Positions 9,098-20,131 of a stretch of 64,000 nucleotides of DNA are shown in pieces (the first letter of the stretch is position 1; each line of letters begins with the position of its first letter). This stretch comes from Clostridia bacterium (GTDB taxonomy: Bacteria; Bacillota; Clostridia; Oscillospirales; CAG-272). Under the pieces are notes generated by a model. It was not told the origin of the DNA. It searched no databases and saw only the letters and a program-made list of their open reading frames with translations. The DNA lies in NCBI GenBank assembly GCA_017539425.1, contig JAFYHA010000061.1, forward strand, positions 1,043 to 65,042, given 5' to 3'. A program made the translations under genes and the position numbers.

Positions 9098-10324
9098 ATG
9101 AACTATTGCACACGGGAATTGGAACGCAAATTTCTGAAAATGAACGGCTTTTTCAAAGCCATATTGGTTACGGGAGCGCGCCAGGTCGGCAAAACGACCA
9201 TGTTGAAACATTTAGCCGAAGGGACGGATCGCACCTATGTTTCTCTTGACAACTCTTTGGCGAGAGAGCTGGCCAAGAACGATCCCGTCCTGTTCTTCCA
9301 GACCTACAAGCCTCCGATCCTCATTGACGAAGTGCAGAAAGCGCCCGAACTTTTTGAACAAATTAAGATCATTTGCGACGGAAGCGAAGACAAGGGACTG
9401 TTCTGGCTGACAGGATCTCAACAGTACGGTATGATGAAGAACGTCCGTGAAACGCTCGCAGGCAGAGTCGGCATCCTGACGCTATACAGCTTTTCGCAAA
9501 GGGAAAAAAGCGGCCTCGGCTTTGAAACCGAACTTGATTTTTCGCTTGCAACCTTGCAGGCCAGGCAAAAGAGGGTCGGCAAAAACGACATCGTCAAGGT
9601 GTTCCGGCATATATGGGAAGGCGGAATGCCGCAGGCGATCGGTGCGGACGAAGAAATGCGCGCCGAATATTACAACTCTTATCTTGACACCTATCTGATG
9701 CGGGACGTTGCCGACGCGGGCGGAATCACGGACGAGGTGCGGTTCAAAAAGTTCGTGCGTGCGTGCGCGGCGTTGGTTGCGGAACAGGTGAATTACGCCA
9801 CGCTTGCGGAAGCGTCTGGCATCTCGCAGCCTACCGCCAAGAACTGGCTTGAAGTCCTGCAGGGTTTGGGGATCGTGTATCTGTTGCAACCCTACGCGAA
9901 CAATGAGCTGAAACGGCTCGCCAAAACGCCGAAACTGTATTTTTGTGACACCGGACTCTGCGCTTTTCTGTCCATGTGGTTGACGGCGGACGCGCTGAGG
10001 ATGGGCGCGGCAAGCGGACATTACTACGAAAACTATGTTGTGATGGAACTCGTACGCAACTACGCCTACTCCTCGGCAAAAGCAAATATCCTGTATTTCC
10101 GGGATTCCAACGCCAAGGAAATCGACGTATTCGTAGAGGAAAACGGAAAGATCCACCCGCTGGAGATCAAGAAATCGGCAAGTCCAGACCGTCGTGAGGT
10201 CAAGAAGTACCAAGTCCTGGAAAAAGCGTCGGTCGAGCGTGGAAACGGCGGGATCATCTGCATGTGCGAAGAGCCCATTCCAATCGATGCGGACAACTGC
10301 CTGATCCCGAGCAATCTGATCTGA
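9098..10324 (+). CDS. AAA ATPase - wHTH - DUF4143 (PD-(D/E)xK-like) protein
   Basis: Walker A GARQVGKTT and Walker B ILIDEVQ. wHTH-like ISQPTAKNWLEVLQGLGIVY. C-terminal EIDVFVEENGKIHPLEIKKS (D..E.K nuclease-like). Start set at MNYCTREL with GGAGGG RBS; the track ORF begins at TTG 9086. Confidence 0.8.
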   Translation: MNYCTRELERKFLKMNGFFKAILVTGARQVGKTTMLKHLAEGTDRTYVSLDNSLARELAKNDPVLFFQTYKPPILIDEVQKAPELFEQIKIICDGSEDKGLFWLTGSQQYGMMKNVRETLAGRVGILTLYSFSQREKSGLGFETELDFSLATLQARQKRVGKNDIVKVFRHIWEGGMPQAIGADEEMRAEYYNSYLDTYLMRDVADAGGITDEVRFKKFVRACAALVAEQVNYATLAEASGISQPTAKNWLEVLQGLGIVYLLQPYANNELKRLAKTPKLYFCDTGLCAFLSMWLTADALRMGAASGHYYENYVVMELVRNYAYSSAKANILYFRDSNAKEIDVFVEENGKIHPLEIKKSASPDRREVKKYQVLEKASVERGNGGIICMCEEPIPIDADNCLIPSNLI

Positions 10325-10363
10325 GGGAAATGCGGATTTTTTTGACTGTGTGCGTGAAAAATA

Positions 10364-10392
10364 TTGACAAGTCCTCCAAAAAAATATACTAT
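10364..10392 (+). promoter_or_regulatory. Putative sigma-A promoter for purA
   Basis: TTGACA-17 nt-TACTAT. Confidence 0.5.
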
Positions 10393-10445
10393 TGTAGAGT
10401 CTTTTGCCCGATTGGCAGATGTGTCTTTCGAAATGAGGTTTTTCT

Positions 10446-11717
10446 ATGTTAACATCGATTGTTGGAATCAACTGGGGTGATGAGGGAAAAGGCCGCATGG
10501 TCGACCTCTTAAGTCAGGATCAGGATATCGTGGTCCGCTACCAGGGCGGAAACAACGCAGGCCACACGGTCGTCAATGACCGGGGCAAGTTCATCCTGAA
10601 CCTGCTTCCCTCCGGCATCCTCCGCCCGGAAGTCGTCTGTGTGATGGGCAACGGTATGGCCATCGATCTCGCCCATCTGGATAGGGAGATCTCGGCCCTG
10701 CGCGAAAAAGGGATCCGGATCACCCCGGACAATCTCAAGATCAGCGACCGCGCCGTCCTCACGCTTCCCTGCCACGTCCGTCTGGATTGCCTGGAAGAGG
10801 CAAGGCTGGCCGGTGAGGCCTACGGCTCCACGCGCCGGGGCATCGCGCCCGTCTACAGCGACAAATATGCCAAGAAATGCATCCGCATGGGAGACCTTCT
10901 GGATCCCGCCTATCTGGCCCACCGCCTGAAGGGTATCGTGGAATTCAAATCCCTGATGATCGAGGGCGTCTACCATTCGGATCCCGTCGACTATGACGAG
11001 ACACTGGCCTGGCTGACCCGTTACGGTGAGATCTTCAAAGACTACATCACGGATACCGGCATCTACCTGACGGAAGCCCACAACGCAGGCAAACGCATCC
11101 TGTTCGAAGCTCAGCTGGGCGCGCTCCGTGACATCGACTTTGGAATCTATCCCTACACCTCCTCCTCTTCCACCATCGCGGCCTATGCCCCGATCGGTGC
11201 CGGTGTCCCCGGTCTGAAGCTGGACCGCACCATCGGGATCATGAAAGCCTATTCCTCCTGCGTGGGAGAGGGCCCGTTCACCGTGGAATGGTTCGGACCG
11301 GAAGGAGACGCGCTCCGCAATGCGGGAGGCGAATTCGGCGCCGCGACCGGCCGTCCGAGACGGGTAGGACCCTTCGATGCCGTCGCTTCCCGGTACGGCG
11401 TACGGGTCCAGGGCGCGGACGAGATCGCCCTGACCAAGCTCGACATCCTGTCCGGTATGGAATCCATCCCGATCTGCACCGCGTACGACGTGGACGGAAA
11501 GACCGTCACGGATTTCCCAATGGGAGAGGCCCTGAATATCGCCAAACCGGTCTACGAGTACATACCCGGCTGGAAGTGCGACATCTCCGGCTGCCGGAAA
11601 AAGGAGGATCTGCCCAAGGCCTGCCGGGACTATATCGACCGCCTGCAGGAACTGACGTGTTCCCGGATCACCTATGTGTCCGTCGGTGCGGACCGCGACG
11701 CATACCTCTTGTACTGA
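10446..11717 (+). CDS. purA: Adenylosuccinate synthase
   Basis: GINWGDEGKGRMVD P-loop, QGGNNAGHTV, GTTRRGI-like STRRGIAP, and the GATGRPRR motif. Confidence 0.96.
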   Translation: MLTSIVGINWGDEGKGRMVDLLSQDQDIVVRYQGGNNAGHTVVNDRGKFILNLLPSGILRPEVVCVMGNGMAIDLAHLDREISALREKGIRITPDNLKISDRAVLTLPCHVRLDCLEEARLAGEAYGSTRRGIAPVYSDKYAKKCIRMGDLLDPAYLAHRLKGIVEFKSLMIEGVYHSDPVDYDETLAWLTRYGEIFKDYITDTGIYLTEAHNAGKRILFEAQLGALRDIDFGIYPYTSSSSTIAAYAPIGAGVPGLKLDRTIGIMKAYSSCVGEGPFTVEWFGPEGDALRNAGGEFGAATGRPRRVGPFDAVASRYGVRVQGADEIALTKLDILSGMESIPICTAYDVDGKTVTDFPMGEALNIAKPVYEYIPGWKCDISGCRKKEDLPKACRDYIDRLQELTCSRITYVSVGADRDAYLLY

Positions 11718-11782
11718 CCAAAACAAAAAAGATCAGCGGAGCTCCGTTCCCTCTTCCGGGTATGCGGGACTCCGCTGTTTGT

Positions 11783-12742
11783 CTATTCCGGTCTGAACGC
11801 CAGTGAGCACCAGCCGTTCTCCTCTTCCCGGTCGAAGAGCGTAAATCCGGCCTTCCGCATCGCTTCGGTCACATCGTCCGCCCGCTCGTCGATCACGCCC
11901 GAGCACATCAGGACCGTGCCCGGATGGTACATGCCCTTGAGCTGACCGGACATCCTGATGAGGATATCCGCCACGATATTGGCGCAGATGATGTCGAACG
12001 GAGCCGCGCTCCGGTCCACGGACGCCAGCAGGTCGGACTGCCCGACAAAGATCGAACCGGCAAGACCTCCGGCCTCCACGTTTTCCCGGGCCACACGGAC
12101 GGACATCGGGTCCAGATCGTAGGCCCAGCACGCTTTTGCGCCGAGTTTGACTGCGCAGATGGACAGGATCCCCGTTCCCGTTCCGACGTCCAGCACCCGG
12201 TCTCCGGGCTTCACGTACTTTTCCAAAAGCCGGAAAATGAGTTTGGTCGTCTCGTGGGTCCCGGTTCCGAACGCCATGCCCGGATCCATCCGGATGGCGA
12301 TCTCCCCGTCCTTGGGTTCATACTCCTCCCAAGCCGGAACGATCACGACCCGGTCGGTGACCTTTACGGTGTTGTAGTACTGCTTCCAGCTGGTCGCCCA
12401 GTCCTCCTCGTTGACCGAGGAGACCTCGACAGAGGCATCCAGCTTGTCCAGTGCGATCCGGTCCTTGAGAAAAGACAGGGTCTCACCTGCGTTCTGCTCG
12501 GCCGGCAGGTAAACGGAGACCGAACCGTGGGACTTGTCCGCGGCCAGGATCTTCTCGTCGATCAGGCTTCCGTAACAGGTGTTGTAATCGATATCCGAGA
12601 GGTCCTCGATCTCCAGCTGGTTGGTGATCATGCTCATCACGGCGGTCAGCGCGTCCAGCTGCCGGATCGGGACCTTGACCCGGATCTTGGTCCAGGACTT
12701 GACGTCGCCGTAATCCTGGCATACGTAATCTTGATCAATCAT
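11783..12742 (-). CDS. prmA: Ribosomal protein L11 methyltransferase
   Basis: W..KWKQYY-like WATSWKQYY, DPGMAFGTGTHETT, and SAM motif VLDVGTGTGILS. Sits directly after dnaJ, as in many Firmicutes. Confidence 0.92.
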   Translation of the reverse strand: MIDQDYVCQDYGDVKSWTKIRVKVPIRQLDALTAVMSMITNQLEIEDLSDIDYNTCYGSLIDEKILAADKSHGSVSVYLPAEQNAGETLSFLKDRIALDKLDASVEVSSVNEEDWATSWKQYYNTVKVTDRVVIVPAWEEYEPKDGEIAIRMDPGMAFGTGTHETTKLIFRLLEKYVKPGDRVLDVGTGTGILSICAVKLGAKACWAYDLDPMSVRVARENVEAGGLAGSIFVGQSDLLASVDRSAAPFDIICANIVADILIRMSGQLKGMYHPGTVLMCSGVIDERADDVTEAMRKAGFTLFDREEENGWCSLAFRPE

Positions 12743-13892
12743 TGCCGGTCTTCTTCTTGTTGAATTTGTCCTTCAGGGTCTTGAAGAAACTGGACTTCTT
12801 CTGGTAGTTGCCTTCCCCGCACAGTTCGGAGAACTCGCGGATCTTCTGCTTCTGGTCTTCCTTGAGGTTCTTCGGGATCTCGATCTGGACCGTGAAGATC
12901 AGGCGGCCCTTGCGGTCCTTGTTATACATATTGGGCAGGCCCATTCCGGAGATGGAAAACCGGTCTCCGTGCTGCGTGCCCTCCGGCAGCTTGAACTTGG
13001 TCGTCTCGCCGGTGATGGTCGGGACGTCGATCTCTCCGCCCAGAATGGCATCCGTGACGGTGATCGGGACCGTGCAGAACAGATCCTGACCCTGCCACTC
13101 GAAGACCTTGTGCGGAAGCACCCGCACGGACAGGTACAGTTCCCCGTAGGAACCGTCCTTGCCGGCATGGCCCATACTGCGGTTGACCTGATGCTCGCGG
13201 GTCACGTCAAAGCCGCCCGGCAGTTTGATGTGCACCTTGGTCGGCTCCTTGACCAATCCGCTGCCCTTGCACTTTTCGCAGGGGGTCGAGATCTTCTTTC
13301 CCCGCCCGCCGCAGGCGTCGCAGGGCGCCACGCTGTCTACGAACCCGAGCAGGCTCTGCCGGCGTGTGCGGATACGGCCGGAACCATGGCACTTGGAGCA
13401 GGTCTCCACCCGCGTGCCCGGTTTGGCGCCGGTTCCGTTACAGGTCTTGCACAGACACCGGCGGGTATAGGTGATGTCCTTCTCCACGCCCTGGGCCAGC
13501 TCTTCCAGAGTGATGTCCATCTGGGCGTGGATGTCCTCGCCGCTGGCATACGGATCCCGGGAAGCCGAACCGCCTCCGAATCCGCCCGTGAACATATTGA
13601 GGATATCGTCGAAATTGAAGCCGCCTGTGAATCCTTCCGGACCCGGTCCGCCTCCTGTCTGCTGCTCGAACGCCGCATGTCCGTACTGGTCGTACATGGA
13701 CTTCTTTTCCGGATCGGAGAGGACGGCATAGGCCTCGTTGATCTCTTTGAACTTTTCCTCCGCAGCCTTGTCTCCGGGATGCAGGTCGGGATGGTACTTC
13801 TTCGCCATCTCGTGAAAAGCCTTTTTGATTGCAGGAATGTCCGCGCCCTTCTGCAGGCCCAGAACCTCATAGTAATCTCTTTTTTCTGCCAT
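12735..13892 (-). CDS. dnaJ: Molecular chaperone DnaJ
   Basis: J domain DYYEVLGL...YHPD, a G/F-rich linker, and four CxxCxGxG zinc-finger repeats. Confidence 0.97.
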   Translation of the reverse strand: MAEKRDYYEVLGLQKGADIPAIKKAFHEMAKKYHPDLHPGDKAAEEKFKEINEAYAVLSDPEKKSMYDQYGHAAFEQQTGGGPGPEGFTGGFNFDDILNMFTGGFGGGSASRDPYASGEDIHAQMDITLEELAQGVEKDITYTRRCLCKTCNGTGAKPGTRVETCSKCHGSGRIRTRRQSLLGFVDSVAPCDACGGRGKKISTPCEKCKGSGLVKEPTKVHIKLPGGFDVTREHQVNRSMGHAGKDGSYGELYLSVRVLPHKVFEWQGQDLFCTVPITVTDAILGGEIDVPTITGETTKFKLPEGTQHGDRFSISGMGLPNMYNKDRKGRLIFTVQIEIPKNLKEDQKQKIREFSELCGEGNYQKKSSFFKTLKDKFNKKKTGND

Positions 13893-13911
13893 AGTTCAAG
13901 ATTTCACGACG

Positions 13912-13937
13912 GCCGAAGGCGTTTTGACGCCTTCGGC
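13912..13937 (-). promoter_or_regulatory. Intercistronic 10-bp GC-rich stem-loop between dnaK and dnaJ
   Basis: GCCGAAGGCG-6 nt-CGCCTTCGGC with no U tract. A second 8-bp CCGGATCC/GGATCCGG stem lies at 13967-13998. Confidence 0.5.
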
Positions 13938-14004
13938 TCTCATCCTTTCCGTTTGCTTGCGGGAAACCGGATCCCGCGTGTCCGTTACCCGGATCCGGAA
14001 CAGA

Positions 14005-16503
<2,499 letters not shown>

Positions 16504-16520
<17 letters not shown>

Positions 16521-17589
16521 CGTTTACTTCTCCTTTAGGCAGTTTTGGCTGCGTCCCTCCGTCCAGCATTTCCGAAATGCTCCCGGTCAGGGTACCGAGC
16601 AGCGCCAGCACTCTGGCGTAATCCATTCTGAGCGGCCCGATCACGCCGATGGCCCCGACGGTCTTTCCGTCCTTGATCACCGGTTTGAAGACCAGTGAGG
16701 AATTCTCCATCACCTTCACTTCGCTTTCGGACCCGATGACCACGTTGTTGCGGTCCTTTTCGGCTTCGGACACCAACGTGACGATCTCTTCCTTGTTCTC
16801 GATCGTCCCGATCAGCTGACGGAGTTCGGTCACGTCGCTGTATTCCGGATATTCCAGCAGCCTGTCCAGTCCGGTCACGTTGAGTTCGCCGTGGTCGTAG
16901 CGGTTCATCACGTCGTAGACCAGTTTCATGACCGGAGTCATCAGCGCCGGGTTCTTGAGCTGGGATTCCAGTTCCATCAGCACCGGAAGCGTGATCTCAT
17001 CGGCCGTCCGGCCGGCGACGCACCGGTTGAGCGCGTCCGCGATCTGCAGCACGTCCGTGGCGGACAGGTCCGCAGACACCGTGATCGTCTTGCTGTGCAC
17101 GGCTTCGTCGGACGAGACCATGACCAGAAGGAACCTGCGGGAATCGATCCATACGGTCTCGAACCGGTCGACCGTCACCTGATCGGTCTTGGGCTTGACC
17201 GCGATGGCCGTGTAGTGGGTCATGCTGGACGCCACTTTGGAGGCCATGTTCAGGATCTGGTCCAGTTCCCCGACCTTGGCGCTCATCATGTCGTGGATCT
17301 CCTGGATCTCCTTGGTGGTGATGGCGTATTCCTCAAGCAGCGTGTCCACGTAGAACCGGTACCCGGCTTCACTGGGCACCCGTCCTGCGGAAGTGTGGGG
17401 CTGTTCCAGATACCCCATGGCTTCCAGTTCCGCCATCTCGTTCCGGATGGTGGCAGAGGAGCAGGCGATCTGCTTGTTCTCCATCAGATACTTGGAACCG
17501 ACGGGCTCGCCATTGGCGATATGCGACTCGATGATGGCTTTTAAGATCTGCTTTTTCCGTTGACTCAACGGCTTTTCTAGATTCGCCAT
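16504..17589 (-). CDS. hrcA: Heat-inducible transcription repressor HrcA
   Basis: N-terminal wHTH LSQRKKQILKAIIESHIANGEPVGSKYL. First gene of the dnaK operon, with a CIRCE operator just upstream. Confidence 0.95.
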
Positions 17590-17605
17590 ATGTCCTCCCT
17601 CCGGT

Positions 17606-17632
17606 TTAGCACTCTTTTTGCCTTAGTGCTAA
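17606..17632. promoter_or_regulatory. CIRCE operator (HrcA binding site)
   Basis: TTAGCACTC-N9-TAGTGCTAA versus consensus TTAGCACTC-N9-GAGTGCTAA. Lies between the -10 box and the hrcA RBS. Confidence 0.9.
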
Positions 17633-17643
17633 TTTCTGACACC

Positions 17644-17672
17644 AATATACCCCTTTCCGCACACTTTGTCAA
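17644..17672 (-). promoter_or_regulatory. Putative sigma-A promoter of the hrcA-grpE-dnaK-dnaJ operon
   Basis: Minus strand: TTGACA-17 nt-TATATT, immediately upstream of CIRCE. Confidence 0.6.
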
Positions 17673-17691
17673 GTCCTTTTTCAATTCTTTT

Positions 17692-17718
17692 TTAACTTTT
17701 TTTCAATTCGAGTGCTAA
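17692..17718. promoter_or_regulatory. Second, degenerate CIRCE-like element upstream of the -35 box
   Basis: On the transcribed (minus) strand: TTAGCACTC-N9-AAAAGTTAA. One half-site is perfect; the other matches about 5/9. Confidence 0.45.
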
Positions 17719-17741
17719 TTCATGAAAACTACGGGGGACAG

Positions 17742-17770
17742 AAAAAAAGCAGGCCGCACAGGACCTGCTT
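17742..17770 (-). terminator. Rho-independent terminator of the 244-aa membrane protein gene
   Basis: Minus strand: AGCAGG-loop-CCTGCT followed by TTTTTTT. Confidence 0.65.
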
Positions 17771-17805
17771 CCGTATGGAATACCGGAACGATGGGACCCT
17801 TTCCG

Positions 17806-18540
17806 CTATTTCCTCAAGAGCGGAAAGATGATTTTCCCCGCAATGAACGTCAGGACGCTCAATCCGTAGAAGATCAAGACGAACGTGTTGACCGTCTTCG
17901 TCCAGCGCAGCGCGAGCACGGCCACGTCGAGAACGAGCATGATGAGGAACGGGATCCAGAGCAGGAGGTTCTCCCCCTGGCCAAGGAAGACCATCCTGAG
18001 CATCCAGGTGAATCCGCCGACCAGAAGAAGGGCGGTCACGGACTCCACGACATGGAACAGCACGTGGTGTCCGAGCGAGAATTCTTCATACACGACCGGA
18101 ATTGCCATGGAGAACAGCGTGAGGTAGATTAGCGAAAACACCAGCATGAAGACGTGAGCATGCCCGGATCCGGCCACCTGTACCGTGCGCAGGATCATGC
18201 CCAGGATCAGGAATCCGTAGGACACGAACTGGACGGGCGCAATAGTAAAATCGGTATGCATCATACCGGAAACGAGAATGGCGCCTACCGTGATGGCTAG
18301 CATGGCATAGTCCGGAGTCACGGAAGGCTGGAACAGGGAGCGCCAGAAATCCCGGTTCCAGCCGCACAGGAGCATGACGGCAACGACCAGGGACAGGATC
18401 ACCGCCACGTTGACAGAGGCGTGGAATCCGTCCCGGAACAACCCCTGCCCCGAAAGGAGGGAGCGGATCAGGCTCTGCACGCGCTCCGTAAACAGCACCG
18501 CGTAGTAGGCCAGCACCATCCAGGAAATAGCAGTATTCAT
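17806..18540 (-). CDS. Hypothetical polytopic membrane protein (about 7 predicted TM segments)
   Basis: 244-aa ORF that is hydrophobic throughout, with its own terminator. I recognise no family motif. Confidence 0.6.
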   Translation of the reverse strand: MNTAISWMVLAYYAVLFTERVQSLIRSLLSGQGLFRDGFHASVNVAVILSLVVAVMLLCGWNRDFWRSLFQPSVTPDYAMLAITVGAILVSGMMHTDFTIAPVQFVSYGFLILGMILRTVQVAGSGHAHVFMLVFSLIYLTLFSMAIPVVYEEFSLGHHVLFHVVESVTALLLVGGFTWMLRMVFLGQGENLLLWIPFLIMLVLDVAVLALRWTKTVNTFVLIFYGLSVLTFIAGKIIFPLLRK

Positions 18541-18633
18541 AAAAAACCAATACCTTTCTTCACGGGTTCAGATCGGGAACGGGGTCATATGGCACTCTTT
18601 TTGACCTGAACTCAAGAAATAATTAATCTTCTC

Positions 18634-18662
18634 TTTACAAAAAACAAAGAAATGAGTATAAT
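18634..18662 (+). promoter_or_regulatory. Putative sigma-A promoter for the small membrane protein gene
   Basis: TTTACA-17 nt-TATAAT. Confidence 0.5.
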
Positions 18663-18695
18663 GAAACTATCCACTTAGCAAAGGAGGTTGATAGT

Positions 18696-18926
18696 ATGGC
18701 AAATAAAAGCGACTATTTGGGTCTGAGTTGGATCGTCAGCCTGATTCTGGCGATTATCCCGATCACCAGCTGCATCCTGGGCATCGTTACCCGTTTCATG
18801 GACGGTAGCGTGGTGGCCGGCGTCGTCCGCATCGTTATCACAATCACCGGTATTGGGGCTCTGATCCTCTGGATCATTGACCTGGTCATGATGATTACAA
18901 AGAAATCGATTCTGCGCGTACTGTAA
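18696..18926 (+). CDS. Small (76 aa) two-TM membrane protein
   Basis: Strong SD AAGGAGG 8 nt upstream. Two hydrophobic helices and a basic C-terminal tail. Followed by a terminator hairpin. Confidence 0.6.
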   Translation: MANKSDYLGLSWIVSLILAIIPITSCILGIVTRFMDGSVVAGVVRIVITITGIGALILWIIDLVMMITKKSILRVL

Positions 18927-18940
18927 ACCGGATCCAAAGC

Positions 18941-18968
18941 GGCGGCCCTTGAGGCCGCCGTCCTTTTT
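18941..18968 (+). terminator. Terminator hairpin (GGCGGCC-loop-GGCCGCC followed by a T-rich tract)
   Basis: 7-bp GC stem followed by GTCCTTTTT. Lies between convergent genes. Confidence 0.6.
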
Positions 18969-20129
18969 CTATTTCCGGATGCGGACCAGGGTATCCATGC
19001 CTTCTTTCAGGGCTTCCGCGGCCAGCCGGACGTCTTCTTCGGTATTGTCCGGTCCGAAGCTGATCCGGACCGTGCAGTCCGCGTCATGGGCATTCAGTCC
19101 GAACGCGGTCAGCGCGCGGCTGACTTCCTTTGCGTGCGAGGAGCAGGCGGAGCCGCTGGACACGCAGATGCCTTTTGCAGACAGGAAATGGAGCATGGTC
19201 TCGCTCTTGATGTCCGGAAGCGTCACGCTTAAGATGTGGGGCGCAGCGGTCTCGGGTTCATTGACCCGGAAGCCGAGCGCAGTGAGGCGCTCCTTCAGTT
19301 CCAGGCGCAGCCCGGCCGTCCGTTCTCCGTTCTCTTTCCAGACGGGCAGGACGGCTTTGGCGGCCGCTCCGAACCCTGCGATGCCGATGACGTTTTCCGT
19401 ACCCGAACGGAATCCCTTCTCCTGTCCTCCGCCGAGGATCAGGGGGGAGAGATACTTGCGCTTGAGGATGTCCTGCCGGACATACAGTGCGCCGATCCCC
19501 TTGGGACCCCCGATCTTGTGCGCGGACAGCGTCATCAGGTCCGCGTGCAGCTTCTCGGGCCGGTATTCACATTTCAGATAACCCTGGACGGCGTCGCAGT
19601 GCGTGATCGCCCCGGGGTTTTTTCTTTGGATGCGGGCAAAGGCTTCCGCCACATCATACACGGCGCCCGTTTCGTTGTTCACGAGCATGAAGCTGGCCAG
19701 GAACACGTCATTCGACTCCAGTTCCCGGTCGACCGCGTCCAGGTCCAGTTTCCCGTTCCCGGTTCCGATGCGCACCACCCGGTATCCTTCCGACTCGAAC
19801 CGTTTCATCTGGTTTTCCACGGAAGGGTGCTCGGAATCGGTCGTCAGGATGGTCTTGCCGGCATGCCGGGCCTTGGCCTGCACCGTGCCCTGAAGGGCGA
19901 GATTGCTCGCTTCGGTCCCGCTTCCGGTAAAGACCAGCACTCCGTCCGCCGGATTGCGGACGCCCAGCGTTTTCAGGATCCCGGACCTTGCGTCCGCGAC
20001 CAGTCCGGCCGCCTCCTGCCCGACCTTGTGCAGGGATGAGGGGTTCCCGAACCGGTCCATCGCGTAAAGCATCGCCTCCCTGGCCTCCCGGCACAGCGGA
20101 GTCGTGGCGCTGTTATCCAGATAGATCAT
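18969..20129 (-). CDS. Cysteine desulfurase (NifS/IscS-like class V aminotransferase)
   Basis: IYLDNSATTP start, PLP-lysine block SAHKIGGPKGIGALY, and C-terminal SSGSACSS catalytic Cys loop. Confidence 0.9.
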   Translation of the reverse strand: MIYLDNSATTPLCREAREAMLYAMDRFGNPSSLHKVGQEAAGLVADARSGILKTLGVRNPADGVLVFTGSGTEASNLALQGTVQAKARHAGKTILTTDSEHPSVENQMKRFESEGYRVVRIGTGNGKLDLDAVDRELESNDVFLASFMLVNNETGAVYDVAEAFARIQRKNPGAITHCDAVQGYLKCEYRPEKLHADLMTLSAHKIGGPKGIGALYVRQDILKRKYLSPLILGGGQEKGFRSGTENVIGIAGFGAAAKAVLPVWKENGERTAGLRLELKERLTALGFRVNEPETAAPHILSVTLPDIKSETMLHFLSAKGICVSSGSACSSHAKEVSRALTAFGLNAHDADCTVRISFGPDNTEEDVRLAAEALKEGMDTLVRIRK

Positions 20130-20131
20130 AC

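Noticed and set aside
9482-10498. 338-aa minus-strand ORF across the ATPase gene
   Set aside because: It is antisense to the Walker A/B-containing ATPase and runs into the purA start. No motifs are present.
11734-11777. Possible terminator between purA and prmA (CAGCGGAG...CTCCGCTG followed by a short T-rich tract (TTTGT))
   Set aside because: It has an 8-bp stem but a 28-nt loop, which is too irregular to call confidently. It is mentioned only as a possible weak bidirectional terminator.
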